Shown here: in pieces, positions 46,246 to 56,853 of the stretch
Position numbering within the stretch: the stretch's first letter is position 1
How the letters are laid out: every line of letters starts with the position of its first letter
Source: an uncultured Candidatus Saccharibacteria bacterium
GTDB taxonomy: Bacteria > Patescibacteriota > WWE3 > CAZQFB01
Assembly: GCA_964592525.1 (NCBI GenBank)
Contig: CAZQFB010000003.1
Span: 19,043-83,042 of the forward strand
Length of the DNA: 64,000 bases
Direction of reading: 5' to 3'
Translations under genes and position numbers: made by a program
Notes under the pieces: generated by a model
The model's input: only the letters and a program-made list of their open reading frames with translations
Databases searched by the model: none
What the model was told of the DNA's origin: nothing

Positions 46246-47469
46246 TCAATCGGATGATCGGCACACCAGACTAGGGATGGTTTGTTTTTTTAGCACTGGG
46301 GGGTAACCGCGGATTTTTGGAAGTTGTTGAACGACCTTGAACTGGGGGTAGACTTCATGATTATTTTTTTTAATCCAAGAAAAATGATCATGCGGTGGAT
46401 CATAGCGAATAGTGAAGGGGGTGACTGCCACGACTCGTTCATCCTTCAACCAGACATCAGTATAGGCTACTTTAATATAATCAGCGGTGGTAAATTGATC
46501 ATAGTAACTGTCATTATCAACCTCTCCTTCGGCATGGGGCCAACCTGTTTCGGTTATAAATACTGGTAGGTTATTCACCCCAAAATAATCTTTTAGTACG
46601 GCTAATTCCCACTCATAGCCACGAATACTCTGTCGCCCTTGCTCGTAAGGTTTGCCTTGGTAATGAGGTTGCGGATAGGAATGGCTAGCCCAACCATCTA
46701 ACTTTTTAAAGATGCCTGGTATTTGGTTATCCATTCTAACCATAAAGCTAACTTGATCTAAATAACCATTGGTAGTTGGCGCGGTAGCATTGAAGGCACC
46801 ATTTAGCATAAAAAAATTATTATTGAGTGTCTTAAAAATATTAATGGTTTCGCTTAAAACTATAGCGTAACCTTCGGGATCTAAACCACCGTTCCAAAAT
46901 CGGGCATCATTAACTTCATTATAAACACTGACATATCTCGGTCTAATAGGCCAATCTTGAGCATTTAAAAATTTGGCTGCTGCTTGAGTTTGTTCTAAAT
47001 ATAACTCGGGATCAACATCCCATAACTGGATAATCGGTATTAATTGTTTTTGCGTTAACAGTGCAAAAAGCTTACGCCATTTATCATAATCTAAGTCCTT
47101 TACATTATATGGTATTAACACGTAACCCCAGGCGCCACCCTGACTGTTAACCAAATCGCCGGCTATTTCAATAAAATCAGCCACATCATAGATATACAGA
47201 CCAAATTTGTTATTGATATAACCGATATTTTCTTGTCGCCCAACAAGCGTCGTTGCTTCTGGCTGGTAGGATATTGAACTGATATTTGCTTGGTAGCGAC
47301 AAACTTCCCGTCTGTTTTTTAGTTTCAGAGATTGACTATCTTTATCAGAAACACTGTTTTCAATTCTGACGGAAGTTAAGTAATTATGAACCTGCTCTGG
47401 CTGATATTTAATTGTGACGGTGATGAGGATAACCAGTATCACCGCTAATATTAAGGTGTACTTGCACAT
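46246..47469 (-). CDS. Membrane-anchored GH-A clan glycoside hydrolase-like protein
   Basis: YNEVN, HSYP, VFITETGW motifs. Confidence 0.75.
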   Translation of the reverse strand: MCKYTLILAVILVILITVTIKYQPEQVHNYLTSVRIENSVSDKDSQSLKLKNRREVCRYQANISSISYQPEATTLVGRQENIGYINNKFGLYIYDVADFIEIAGDLVNSQGGAWGYVLIPYNVKDLDYDKWRKLFALLTQKQLIPIIQLWDVDPELYLEQTQAAAKFLNAQDWPIRPRYVSVYNEVNDARFWNGGLDPEGYAIVLSETINIFKTLNNNFFMLNGAFNATAPTTNGYLDQVSFMVRMDNQIPGIFKKLDGWASHSYPQPHYQGKPYEQGRQSIRGYEWELAVLKDYFGVNNLPVFITETGWPHAEGEVDNDSYYDQFTTADYIKVAYTDVWLKDERVVAVTPFTIRYDPPHDHFSWIKKNNHEVYPQFKVVQQLPKIRGYPPVLKKQTIPSLVCRSSD

Positions 47470-47526
47470 ATCATGACTAAATAACTTTTTCTTGTGCCCA
47501 ACCTAGAAACTAGTTACTATAGTGTT

Positions 47527-48501
47527 ATGGACGATCTTGATCTTATCGCCATTGGTGACACCACAGTAGATGTTTTCTTTGATTTAGAAGAAGCTGCCGT
47601 TAATTGTGAACTAGATACTAATAATTGCAAGCTATTACTTAATTATGCCGAGAAAATACCGGTAAAAAAAGTGGTGCAGGTACCTGGGGTTGGCAACGCG
47701 GCTAATTGTACTGTTGGGGCTACTAGGCTTGGACTTAAAACAGCACTGTACACTGTTATTGGCAAAGATCACGCCGGTCAACAAATCAAAGATATTTTAA
47801 TTAAAGAAAAGATTATTTGTGATTACCTACAAGAAGATGAACACCGGGGTTCAAATTATTCAGCCGTGATAAATTATCTGACAGAAAGAACCATTCTAGT
47901 TTATCATGAACCCCGCGACTATAATTTACCCCCACTACCCAAAGCTAAATGGTTGTACTTTTCTTCCGTAGCCCATACTCACGGCCAGTTGTATAACCAG
48001 ATATTAGATTATCTAGAAACTAATCAGAGCTTATTAGGCTTTAATCCTGGTACTTATCAATTACAGGAAGGTTTATCTACTCTGGAACCAATCATAAAAA
48101 ATACTGATGTGTTAATTCTTAACCGAGAGGAGGGTAAAAAATTACTCGGTCGGGATCAAGACCCAGCTCAATTAGCAGAAAGTCTTTATCAGTTAGGTGC
48201 CAAAAAAGTCATTGTCACCAACAGTGCTTCAGGCGCTTATGCCTATGACGGTGAGCATCATTATTACCAACCTATTTTAGAGTGTGCCGTCGTGGAACGA
48301 ACGGGTGCGGGGGATGCTTTTTCCACTGGCGTTATTACGGCACTAGTTTATGGTTTTGAATTCAGCGAAGCTTTGCGTTGGGGAACCATTAACGCTTGGT
48401 CGGTGCTTCAGTATATTGGCGCCCAAGAAGGCTTACTGGCAAAGGCTAAAATGCAGGAGCTTTTGCATAATAACCCACAACTACAACCCCAGATTAACTA
48501 A
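47527..48501 (+). CDS. PfkB family carbohydrate kinase
   Basis: GNAAN, RLGL, NREE, RTGAGDAFSTG motifs. Confidence 0.92.
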   Translation: MDDLDLIAIGDTTVDVFFDLEEAAVNCELDTNNCKLLLNYAEKIPVKKVVQVPGVGNAANCTVGATRLGLKTALYTVIGKDHAGQQIKDILIKEKIICDYLQEDEHRGSNYSAVINYLTERTILVYHEPRDYNLPPLPKAKWLYFSSVAHTHGQLYNQILDYLETNQSLLGFNPGTYQLQEGLSTLEPIIKNTDVLILNREEGKKLLGRDQDPAQLAESLYQLGAKKVIVTNSASGAYAYDGEHHYYQPILECAVVERTGAGDAFSTGVITALVYGFEFSEALRWGTINAWSVLQYIGAQEGLLAKAKMQELLHNNPQLQPQIN

Positions 48502-49634
48502 GCGACAAAACTGTTATTTAAAAACATTTGGATGAAAATAACTTGCAGACTTATAGAGATAGCCAAGTAATAAATTAAGGCTAAGGGTTTAGCAGCTAAA
48601 TGGAGACCAAGGATAAGTAGCAGTGGAAAGGCTGATAGTATAAAGCGGGGAGCACTAATAGTACCACCACTCAACAGCGGTAATAATAATTGCCAGGCGG
48701 AATACCACCACAATTGCCAACTTAACTTTCCTCTAAATTTAACCAGCAGGACTACGAAAAAGAGAATAAAACAAATATCTATTATTTGACGACTGACCAA
48801 TGGAAAGTCAACCAGCAAAAGAGTAATCATCCGCCAAGCTTCTTTAATAGTAGCGATCAACCCATGAGTAATATTACCCGAAGAGCGGTACCATTCCTGT
48901 TGCGCTTCAAAGAATATCCTGGCACTGCCAAATTTAAGTTGTAGATAAACAAAATAGCTTGCCGTACCTAAAGCACTAAACAACCCATAATAAATACTTG
49001 TTAATAAAACATAAATGTTTTTAACTGATTTAGTTTGTAGGTAACTAATCATAATTAAGGGTATGAAAATCAAACCTTGCGGACGAGTTAAACCAGCTAA
49101 TAAAGCAAACAGACAAGCCCGTTTAAACTTTTTTTGATGGATCATCATTAAGCCCCAAGCACAAAAGAGCAGATACAGAGTTTCTGGGTAATTAGCCTGT
49201 AAATAAAATGAGGTTGGAAAAGACATGAAAGTACAAATGGCAATTAGTGCTTTATCTGCTTCAATTTTAAGGTCTTTCAAAAAAAGCCACAGCGAAGCTA
49301 ACAAGAGGGGAAGGATGATTATATTAACCCGGTAAGCTAAAGTTAACGGTAAAAACCAATCCAGCATCCTAATAATGAGCGGGTACAAGGGAAAAAACGC
49401 TTGGTTTGGAAAATGATAACCATGAGTAGCAATGGTCAAGTAATGCCAACCATCCCAACCATAACCCCAGACGGCAAAATAAAGCTCTTTTATGGTGTGT
49501 ACTTGGCTAGATAACTGTAAATGAGTAGCCGCCAAAGAAATGGTTAGATGAATAATAATTAGATAGCTAATATAAATAACCAGTAATTTTAGCCACGGCA
49601 GTCTGTTTTTCAACAACATGCTTTTAATCTTCAT
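48498..49634 (-). CDS. PIG-V-like GT-C mannosyltransferase
   Basis: WDGWHYLTIA..GY, AFFPLYP, YPETL, TRPQG motifs. Confidence 0.85.
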   Translation of the reverse strand: MKIKSMLLKNRLPWLKLLVIYISYLIIIHLTISLAATHLQLSSQVHTIKELYFAVWGYGWDGWHYLTIATHGYHFPNQAFFPLYPLIIRMLDWFLPLTLAYRVNIIILPLLLASLWLFLKDLKIEADKALIAICTFMSFPTSFYLQANYPETLYLLFCAWGLMMIHQKKFKRACLFALLAGLTRPQGLIFIPLIMISYLQTKSVKNIYVLLTSIYYGLFSALGTASYFVYLQLKFGSARIFFEAQQEWYRSSGNITHGLIATIKEAWRMITLLLVDFPLVSRQIIDICFILFFVVLLVKFRGKLSWQLWWYSAWQLLLPLLSGGTISAPRFILSAFPLLLILGLHLAAKPLALIYYLAISISLQVIFIQMFLNNSFVA

Positions 49635-51450
49635 AACCTTGTTTCTGTAGTTTAAAGGCGTGGGCATAGACCCCACTCATTTTCATCAACTGCTCATGCG
49701 AACCATCCTCAATAATTAATCCCTTCTCCAAGACAATAATTCTTTGCGCATTACGCACGGTTGAAAAACGATGCGAGATAATAAGAATAGATTTATCCTG
49801 CCCGAACTTTTTAAAAATGTTTTGGAAGATCTCATATTCAGCTTTCGGGTCTATAGCTGAAGTGGGCTCGTCCAAGATTAGAACCAGCGAGTTTTTAAAA
49901 AATGCTCTCGCTAAAGCCACCTTTTGCCACTGTCCAGCAGAAAGCTGAATACCTCCTTTAAATTTGCGACTTAAGACTTGTTTGTAGCCCCGATCAAATT
50001 TACTAATAAAGGCATTAGCTCCTGATAGTTTAGCTGCTTTTTTAATGGCTTTAATATCCGAAATATTATCGATATTGCCAACGCCAATGTTAGTTTGAAC
50101 ATCAAAATGATATTTAGAATAATCTTGGGTTAGGAAAGCGATATATTTGTACCAACTTTTAATATCTAATTGTTTAATATTTACTCCGTCAATTAATATT
50201 TCACCCCTGGTGACATCATAAAACCGACATAGAAGTTTCACTAAGGTGGTTTTACCCGCCCCATTTTCTCCTACGATTGCCAAGTTGGTACCAGGAGTAA
50301 TTTTAAAGTTAAGATCTTTAAATATGTGCTTATTTGTACCAGGATATTTAAAATAAACCTGCTTAAATTCAATTTCTGGTGGTTTATGACCCAAAGTCAT
50401 TTTGTGATGACCGTTGATAATTTTGGCCGGTAAACTCATAACCGCGTATAGGTCCTTAAGATATAAGCTATCTTCAAATGAGCGGGTTACCCTCCAAAAC
50501 AAGCCATTGATGTTGTTGATAAAGCCATTAACCGTACTTAAGTAAAAAGTAAAAGAACCAACAGTAATATTGCCTTTAAGCACATCTTGAATAATCAACC
50601 ACACCGCGCCAACTAAAAATAGATTAGAGATAATACTTAACACTACTTGCATACTTGTTCTCTTAGTTTCCACCAGTACCTCCCGTTGCTTAAATTTGCG
50701 ATAAAGCTTTTTCACCAGAAGCAAAAAGTACTTGCGCACCCCATAAACCTTTAACTCAAGAAGACTTGCTTCATCCATTAAATAGCCCAAAGTCCGACCA
50801 TAGTTACGTCTAGTTTCAGCGTCAAGATTCCAAACCGACCACTTCCTCTGACCAAAATAAATATCACTTGCTAGTGCTGGTATCAGGCTGATTAAAATAA
50901 GACTCATTATTAAAGGAGAAAGTGAAAAAAGAATGGTTGCCCCGGTAATTAATGATACAACACCGCCAATCATGCTAAATACTCTTCCTGAAAACTCCGC
51001 GGGTTTTCCCGAATAACTTCGTTGTGCCCGATCTAATAAATCCATTGACTCTGGATTTTCATAGTACTCTAGATCAAATGACGAATATTTTTCGGCCATT
51101 TGATAGGTCATATGCTCCATCATATTTTGGAAATATATGAAACTTAAATAAGTCTCTAATATGCCGATTATCCGGTGGGTAATGGTGCCCAAAGAAAGAA
51201 GCAAAAATGGTACCAAGATAATCCTGATATCACTACTAGATGTGGTGTAACTAATAAGACCATCTATTAACCCCTTTTCAAACCACCTGTTTAAGAATGG
51301 GAAAAGAAAACTGACAATTGTAATCGTTAGACTTAATAGGGTTAACGAAGGAAAGGTATGAAAACTATAAACGACCGTTCTTTTTGCCACGGCGAGTAGA
51401 TCGGGCAATTGCTTAAGCTTTTCTTTACGTGATAGATCACTAGCTTCCAT
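49624..51450 (-). CDS. ABC exporter, fused permease/ATPase
   Basis: GENGAGKTT, LSAGQWQKVALARA, LDEPTS, SHRFST motifs. Confidence 0.93.
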   Translation of the reverse strand: MEASDLSRKEKLKQLPDLLAVAKRTVVYSFHTFPSLTLLSLTITIVSFLFPFLNRWFEKGLIDGLISYTTSSSDIRIILVPFLLLSLGTITHRIIGILETYLSFIYFQNMMEHMTYQMAEKYSSFDLEYYENPESMDLLDRAQRSYSGKPAEFSGRVFSMIGGVVSLITGATILFSLSPLIMSLILISLIPALASDIYFGQRKWSVWNLDAETRRNYGRTLGYLMDEASLLELKVYGVRKYFLLLVKKLYRKFKQREVLVETKRTSMQVVLSIISNLFLVGAVWLIIQDVLKGNITVGSFTFYLSTVNGFINNINGLFWRVTRSFEDSLYLKDLYAVMSLPAKIINGHHKMTLGHKPPEIEFKQVYFKYPGTNKHIFKDLNFKITPGTNLAIVGENGAGKTTLVKLLCRFYDVTRGEILIDGVNIKQLDIKSWYKYIAFLTQDYSKYHFDVQTNIGVGNIDNISDIKAIKKAAKLSGANAFISKFDRGYKQVLSRKFKGGIQLSAGQWQKVALARAFFKNSLVLILDEPTSAIDPKAEYEIFQNIFKKFGQDKSILIISHRFSTVRNAQRIIVLEKGLIIEDGSHEQLMKMSGVYAHAFKLQKQGYED

Positions 51451-51517
51451 GTCTAAATATTACAACATTAGCTTCAGAATAATTGCTTTTAATTCAACAC
51501 TCCGCTATTTTTATAAT

Positions 51518-52327
51518 GTGCGTATATTTAGAACATTATTAGCTCTTGTTATTGCGATCATTATTATCACCTTTACCCTTCTTGTTTTTCTAACTGCAGA
51601 TAACGTAGAACTTAATAATAAGCTGGCATTAAAGTATGATTTTTGGCCCCAATTTGGCACCAACGCAGAAATCAATACCCTAACAAGTGTAAAGGCTAAT
51701 GATTTTGCACCGATTACCAGTCAATTGATTGACATTAAAGCTACGGCTCCAGAGCTAATCATTAGCGCTAAGAAAAGCAGCAATATTTTAACTTTTGAAG
51801 CTACCTATACCAAAAAAGCAGATAAACCAAAGATAGTCTGGGAGCAGAACGAAGAAGGTCGTGTGACGGTAGAAATGAGAAGGAACTGGGGCATAGTCGA
51901 TTTACCACTAATGCCTTATGAAAACGCTTTATATGAAGTGCTGCTAGGTAATTTGGAGGTACCTACCCAGTTAATATTAAACCTCAAAGGTGGTTATACA
52001 GAAATAGAATTTTTGGAAGCTGGACCAGAAACCATTGATATTTATATGGACAGTGGAAAATGTAAAATAAGTTTAGGGGAAAGCATAGCTGCAAATTTAA
52101 TATTGAGTTCAGAATATGCTGATTTTGAAATTATGCTGCAACCTAACACTGACTATACTCTAACCTATAACTTGGGAGAAAACGCTAAATTAACTATGCC
52201 AAATAATGATGTTTATCGCCATAGTTACGGTAATATGGAAAGTGAAACCGCCCAACTATCGATTAATGTGGTCACGATTGCTGGTGACGTTTCAATTGCT
52301 CACCTAGAAAACTTAACTACTGATTAG
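51518..52327 (+). CDS. Membrane-anchored hypothetical protein
   Basis: One TM plus a beta-rich domain; start uncertain. Confidence 0.7.
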   Translation: MRIFRTLLALVIAIIIITFTLLVFLTADNVELNNKLALKYDFWPQFGTNAEINTLTSVKANDFAPITSQLIDIKATAPELIISAKKSSNILTFEATYTKKADKPKIVWEQNEEGRVTVEMRRNWGIVDLPLMPYENALYEVLLGNLEVPTQLILNLKGGYTEIEFLEAGPETIDIYMDSGKCKISLGESIAANLILSSEYADFEIMLQPNTDYTLTYNLGENAKLTMPNNDVYRHSYGNMESETAQLSINVVTIAGDVSIAHLENLTTD

Positions 52328-53522
52328 TTAAGCGCAATTTTAAATCAGTTAAGGCATTCATAAACACGATAAAAGCTTGATAAGGAGATTCGTAAGGCGA
52401 AAAGTATTTATGAACATCACCATCATTAAACCATTTCGTGCACATGAAATAAAAATGGTCTGAAGTTTGTAATTTTTGCCAATCGCGTATTAGGTCCTCA
52501 TCACCACAAGACAATACCTCTTTTTCTATTTCATAAATGGCGTGAAGAGCATCTCGTTGCATTTTATTACCATTCCAAGCAGACAAATCCCTTTCCGTAT
52601 CTGCCCAGGTAATTACTTGCGGAACATCAAGTTCGCCAACTGCCTCAAAGGAATCTATGACCTCCGTTGTCGTCATGAAAGTATTATCAGGGTGTTTAAG
52701 TAGCTCACCTGGTAAAGCAGACAAAAAATCAAAGATGCCCTCTGCTTCCCATTGATGTTCCCCAAAGGTCTCAAAATCCATAAACAAATTGATATTAGTA
52801 CCAGTACCATTTATGGCATTGACCCAGTGGGCATATTTTTCAGTTGTCAGTGGCCACTCCTTCCAACTTTTTTCCGAAAAGCGAAAAGCAATATCATCCG
52901 ATAATCTAAAGTTTTTCAGTAGCACTTTAATCTTCTTGGTATTAGCGGGTCGGTAGACAAAATTTGGACTCCGCCAGCCTAATACCGGGTCCCAACCTTC
53001 AGTGACTATTCCTTTATACCCCGCTTGATCAGCCCATTGGCCAAGCTGATTATTATAAGCTAGTTCCGTATTAACAAAAACCTCGGGTTTGGTACCTAGG
53101 ACATCTATAATTAGACGTTGGTGCTTTTCTACCTGACGTTCAAATTCCTTAAGGCTATAAAAAAAAGAAAGTGAGTGGTAATACGTTTCTGCTAATATTT
53201 CACATTTTCCGGTACGTACCATCGCATGGATTGATTCAACGACATCAGGAAAGTGCGCCAACAATTGTTCTAATAAGGTGCCGGTCAGAGATAAGCTGAT
53301 TTTAAATTGGGGATATTTTTTCAATAAAGATAATAATATCTGGTTAGTCGGCCGATATGATTTTTCCACTATTTTTTTTAAGATTTTGAGGTTATCTGGG
53401 TTTTGTACATCCGTACTGGCATTACCATTAAAGTACGAGTGGTCCTTACCAATATCAAAAACTCGGTATTTTTTAATCCGATAGGGTTGATGAGCTTTTA
53501 GATACAAACATATAGCCGCCAT
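52317..53522 (-). CDS. GH57 alpha-amylase-like glycoside hydrolase
   Basis: HQPYR, ETYYHSL, NTELAY, MDFETFGEHQ, LQTSDHF motifs. Confidence 0.92.
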   Translation of the reverse strand: MAAICLYLKAHQPYRIKKYRVFDIGKDHSYFNGNASTDVQNPDNLKILKKIVEKSYRPTNQILLSLLKKYPQFKISLSLTGTLLEQLLAHFPDVVESIHAMVRTGKCEILAETYYHSLSFFYSLKEFERQVEKHQRLIIDVLGTKPEVFVNTELAYNNQLGQWADQAGYKGIVTEGWDPVLGWRSPNFVYRPANTKKIKVLLKNFRLSDDIAFRFSEKSWKEWPLTTEKYAHWVNAINGTGTNINLFMDFETFGEHQWEAEGIFDFLSALPGELLKHPDNTFMTTTEVIDSFEAVGELDVPQVITWADTERDLSAWNGNKMQRDALHAIYEIEKEVLSCGDEDLIRDWQKLQTSDHFYFMCTKWFNDGDVHKYFSPYESPYQAFIVFMNALTDLKLRLTNQ

Positions 53523-53527
53523 AGCAA

Positions 53528-54739
53528 TTATTTATTAAGCACTTCTTGGTAGACTTGCAGTACTTTGTCGGCTGCCAAAGACCAAGTTTGCTTACAGGTA
53601 TCTTGATAGCCATTGTCGCTTAATTCTTGTTTTAATGCCGAATATTTCAACACCGCAATGATATTGTTAGCCATTTCCTCAATATCCCAACAATCAACTT
53701 TAAGCGAATTTGGTAGCACCTCACTCACTCCTGATTGTTTGGAAATAATAACCGGTGTTTTGTGGGCTAATGCTTCCAGAGCCGTCATACCGAAGGGCTC
53801 GGAAATTGAAGGCATGACAAAAACATCAACATGAGACAATACCTGCTGTAGCTCTTTGCCGCGTAAAAATCCGGTAAATAAAGTTCTTTGGGCAATACCC
53901 AAATCAGCCACTAGGCTGATTAATTCGTTTTCTTGTTCACCACTACCAGCAACCAAAAAGTAGGCTTGTGGATAATGAGCTAATACTTTTTTGGCACTGC
54001 GTAAAAACAAATCCACACCTTTGTGCAAGCTTAACCGACCAAAATACAAGACGCATTGATAGTTATTTTTTTTAAGCAAGCTGATAATAGCAGGCATTTC
54101 AGCCTCCCTTTTATAAACACCCATATCTACACCATTATGAACCACACTAATTTGCGCTAAGGGGACTTGATATTCTTGGTGAATAATATTTTTAGTGTAA
54201 TGTGAATTAGCGATCACTCCATCAGCACTGTGTAATGCTTGGTACTCAATCATTTTACAAAAAGCGTTACCATGACTAGAAGCGCCGGAACGATCATATT
54301 CAGTGGAATGGACGTGGGTGATTAACGGAACCTGTGCCACTTCACGAGCGGCTAAACCAGCTTTAAAAGTTAACCAATCATGGGCGTGTAAAACATCAAA
54401 CTTTTTTTGCTTGACCACTTTGGCAGCTTGTCGCGCATAACTTAAAACCTTATGGGCTAAATCATGGTCCTTGATCGTTATTTCTTCCGCGCTTAGGCGC
54501 TGGTATTCAGCTAAAGTTAAATAACCTGACATAAAGGGCTTGTATTCAGTAAGCGGACTTGCCTCATCGGCAAACAGAAACTGCACTAAACCATCCTTCG
54601 CCTCAATTTTCCAGGGTAAGAGAAAGGAAACATTAACTCCCTTTGCAGCCAGTGCTTCACATAAGTGTTTACAAGCTACCCCCAAACCACCGCTATTGTA
54701 GGGAGGATACTCCCAACCTAAAATTAGCGTATTAATCAT
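53528..54739 (-). CDS. GT4 glycosyltransferase
   Basis: GWEYPP..SGGLG, HAHDWLT, HVHSTE, EPFGMTALEA motifs. Confidence 0.92.
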   Translation of the reverse strand: MINTLILGWEYPPYNSGGLGVACKHLCEALAAKGVNVSFLLPWKIEAKDGLVQFLFADEASPLTEYKPFMSGYLTLAEYQRLSAEEITIKDHDLAHKVLSYARQAAKVVKQKKFDVLHAHDWLTFKAGLAAREVAQVPLITHVHSTEYDRSGASSHGNAFCKMIEYQALHSADGVIANSHYTKNIIHQEYQVPLAQISVVHNGVDMGVYKREAEMPAIISLLKKNNYQCVLYFGRLSLHKGVDLFLRSAKKVLAHYPQAYFLVAGSGEQENELISLVADLGIAQRTLFTGFLRGKELQQVLSHVDVFVMPSISEPFGMTALEALAHKTPVIISKQSGVSEVLPNSLKVDCWDIEEMANNIIAVLKYSALKQELSDNGYQDTCKQTWSLAADKVLQVYQEVLNK

Positions 54740-56724
54740 TGTGGTGGTACGCAAGTCGCGCACACTCCTAAATCTCTTAATTTCTCTAGGTATTCAATGA
54801 TGGTAACCACATATTCCGCATGGCTCCAGGTTAAAGGCGCTGCTGATATTTGTTCTCCGGAATCGGGGTTTAATTGTTCAGACAAAACTCCCGCTGCCGA
54901 TTGATGTTCCGTTATCCAAGCCAACTGTTTCATGACCACATCTAAGTCTTTGGTTGATTGTGCTACCGCAATATAGTATTGAGTTAGCCAAAGAGTAGTC
55001 ACAAACCAGGGATTACTGGGGCTATCTTTGTGCACCCTAAAATAATTATCATTTTCGTATCTTTGTAGACCGCCAATTTTGGTGGGGTTAGTCAGCTTAC
55101 TTTCCGCTAGCTTGATTAATTTAGACATCTTCTCATCATGTAAAGGTATAAGTTGAAACTTAAAAGCAGCGTAAACACTAGACATGTCCATGGTATGGTC
55201 AATTTCTATGGTGCCATCTTTAGCAGTGTTGATCATTTTATAAAAGTATCCTTCTTGTTCATTGTATAAATGACCCATAATAGACCGCCTAATAACTTCT
55301 ACCTGCTGCAGATATTTTTCGGAAAGTTCGGTTTTTCCTAATATCTGGGCAAACTTACCAGCCACTTCTAAGGCTTGGGCAACTGCTGCACAAGTAAAAG
55401 TAGACACGCCAAACTTTTCTTCCCAAAGGTCATAACTGGGTCTAGGTAAACCAGTTCGCTCGTCAATATAACTGACCATAAAATCAGCGGCCTTTCTGAC
55501 TAAGGGGTTAAACAATTCCTCAATAAATTCAATTTGTCGATCTAACAAGTAATGATTCCAAAGAGCAATAAGCACTAAGGCCGTTTCATCTTCTTGAATG
55601 GGTAATTCCACATAGTCACCTCTAACCCAAGGATGCCAAGAGGAACCAAGCGAAAAATCAGCACGATATTTATGCAACATATAACCATCCTGATGAAGGA
55701 CTTTGCGACAAAACTGAAAGTAATTATTAGTCGTTGAGAAATAACGCGCTTTATCCATCGCTACTGAGGCAAAGGCAGCATCGCGCGGCCAGACATAACA
55801 ATAGGTATCACGACCTTGTTTAAGTAGGTCAGAATCTCCAGAAGCAATCACCCCACCGTGGTTATCAAAATGAGTTCTAATATTAAAAAGCGATTTAGTG
55901 AAAAGCTTAACAACTTCAGGTTTAAGCCCGTAGAAACTAAATCTTTCCTTACTAGCCCAAGCTTTCCAGTAATTACGCGTGGATGAAATTAAATATTCCG
56001 GGCTTCGTTGAATAACATAGTTGTTTAAGAAATAGACTTCCGCTAAATATTTAGATACCGTTAACCAATAATAAAAACTGACCGTTTCTGTGGCTGGCAA
56101 AGTTAGTGACGCGGCGCAAACTGAATCCACCAAGCCGTGTTCGATGGGATTTTTGCTTAAATTACCATCTTCAGCATCTTTGTAGGTCCCTTCTTTACCT
56201 TCCATGCCTAGTAAACCAATACTGTAATCGGTAATACCAATTTCACCATTGGTTATTAAATTAGCTAAAAATACGCGTCTACCTTTATAGTGAATTAACA
56301 CTTTTTCTAGCGGATCATAATAAGCCGTATCACCACGATGCGATTCATACAACTCAAATTGATGATTAATAAATAATTTGGCATACCTTTGCTCATTAAC
56401 TAGGTTATGTAATTGAATTTTACGGATTAAGATATTTTTCTCGTTATACACCACATCGTTAAAGAGTATTTCTAGCTGAAAGCGATGATTTATGGCTTTT
56501 ATGTCACTTACTAATGCATCATCTGCACAATCAACGCTAATTTCCCAAGTACCATCATCTAACCAGGAAAAGTTGCCATCTATTTGCACTCCGATTTTGT
56601 GCAAGTAGCCATTACCTATTTGATTTTCTAAGCCAACATAAGGGAAGTAGAGGTCATAAACCTGACCATAGCGATCAAAAGTCACTAAAACTGAACCATT
56701 TCCTAAAGTAAGCGCTTTGGGCAT
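54736..56724 (-). CDS. GH15 glucoamylase-like glycoside hydrolase
   Basis: YVWPRD, IQEDET, DLWEE, LSEQ, PLTWSHA motifs. Confidence 0.92.
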   Translation of the reverse strand: MPKALTLGNGSVLVTFDRYGQVYDLYFPYVGLENQIGNGYLHKIGVQIDGNFSWLDDGTWEISVDCADDALVSDIKAINHRFQLEILFNDVVYNEKNILIRKIQLHNLVNEQRYAKLFINHQFELYESHRGDTAYYDPLEKVLIHYKGRRVFLANLITNGEIGITDYSIGLLGMEGKEGTYKDAEDGNLSKNPIEHGLVDSVCAASLTLPATETVSFYYWLTVSKYLAEVYFLNNYVIQRSPEYLISSTRNYWKAWASKERFSFYGLKPEVVKLFTKSLFNIRTHFDNHGGVIASGDSDLLKQGRDTYCYVWPRDAAFASVAMDKARYFSTTNNYFQFCRKVLHQDGYMLHKYRADFSLGSSWHPWVRGDYVELPIQEDETALVLIALWNHYLLDRQIEFIEELFNPLVRKAADFMVSYIDERTGLPRPSYDLWEEKFGVSTFTCAAVAQALEVAGKFAQILGKTELSEKYLQQVEVIRRSIMGHLYNEQEGYFYKMINTAKDGTIEIDHTMDMSSVYAAFKFQLIPLHDEKMSKLIKLAESKLTNPTKIGGLQRYENDNYFRVHKDSPSNPWFVTTLWLTQYYIAVAQSTKDLDVVMKQLAWITEHQSAAGVLSEQLNPDSGEQISAAPLTWSHAEYVVTIIEYLEKLRDLGVCATCVPPQ

Positions 56725-56853
56725 GAAAAAACTCCAAATCCAGTGTAACATAAGAGTAAATAGAAAAGAACACCCCGCCAGCATTGCACTGTAGCACCCA
56801 TACTGACAGAGCGCTACTTATTTTAACTAATTCTATTATGCTAGACTTAAGTC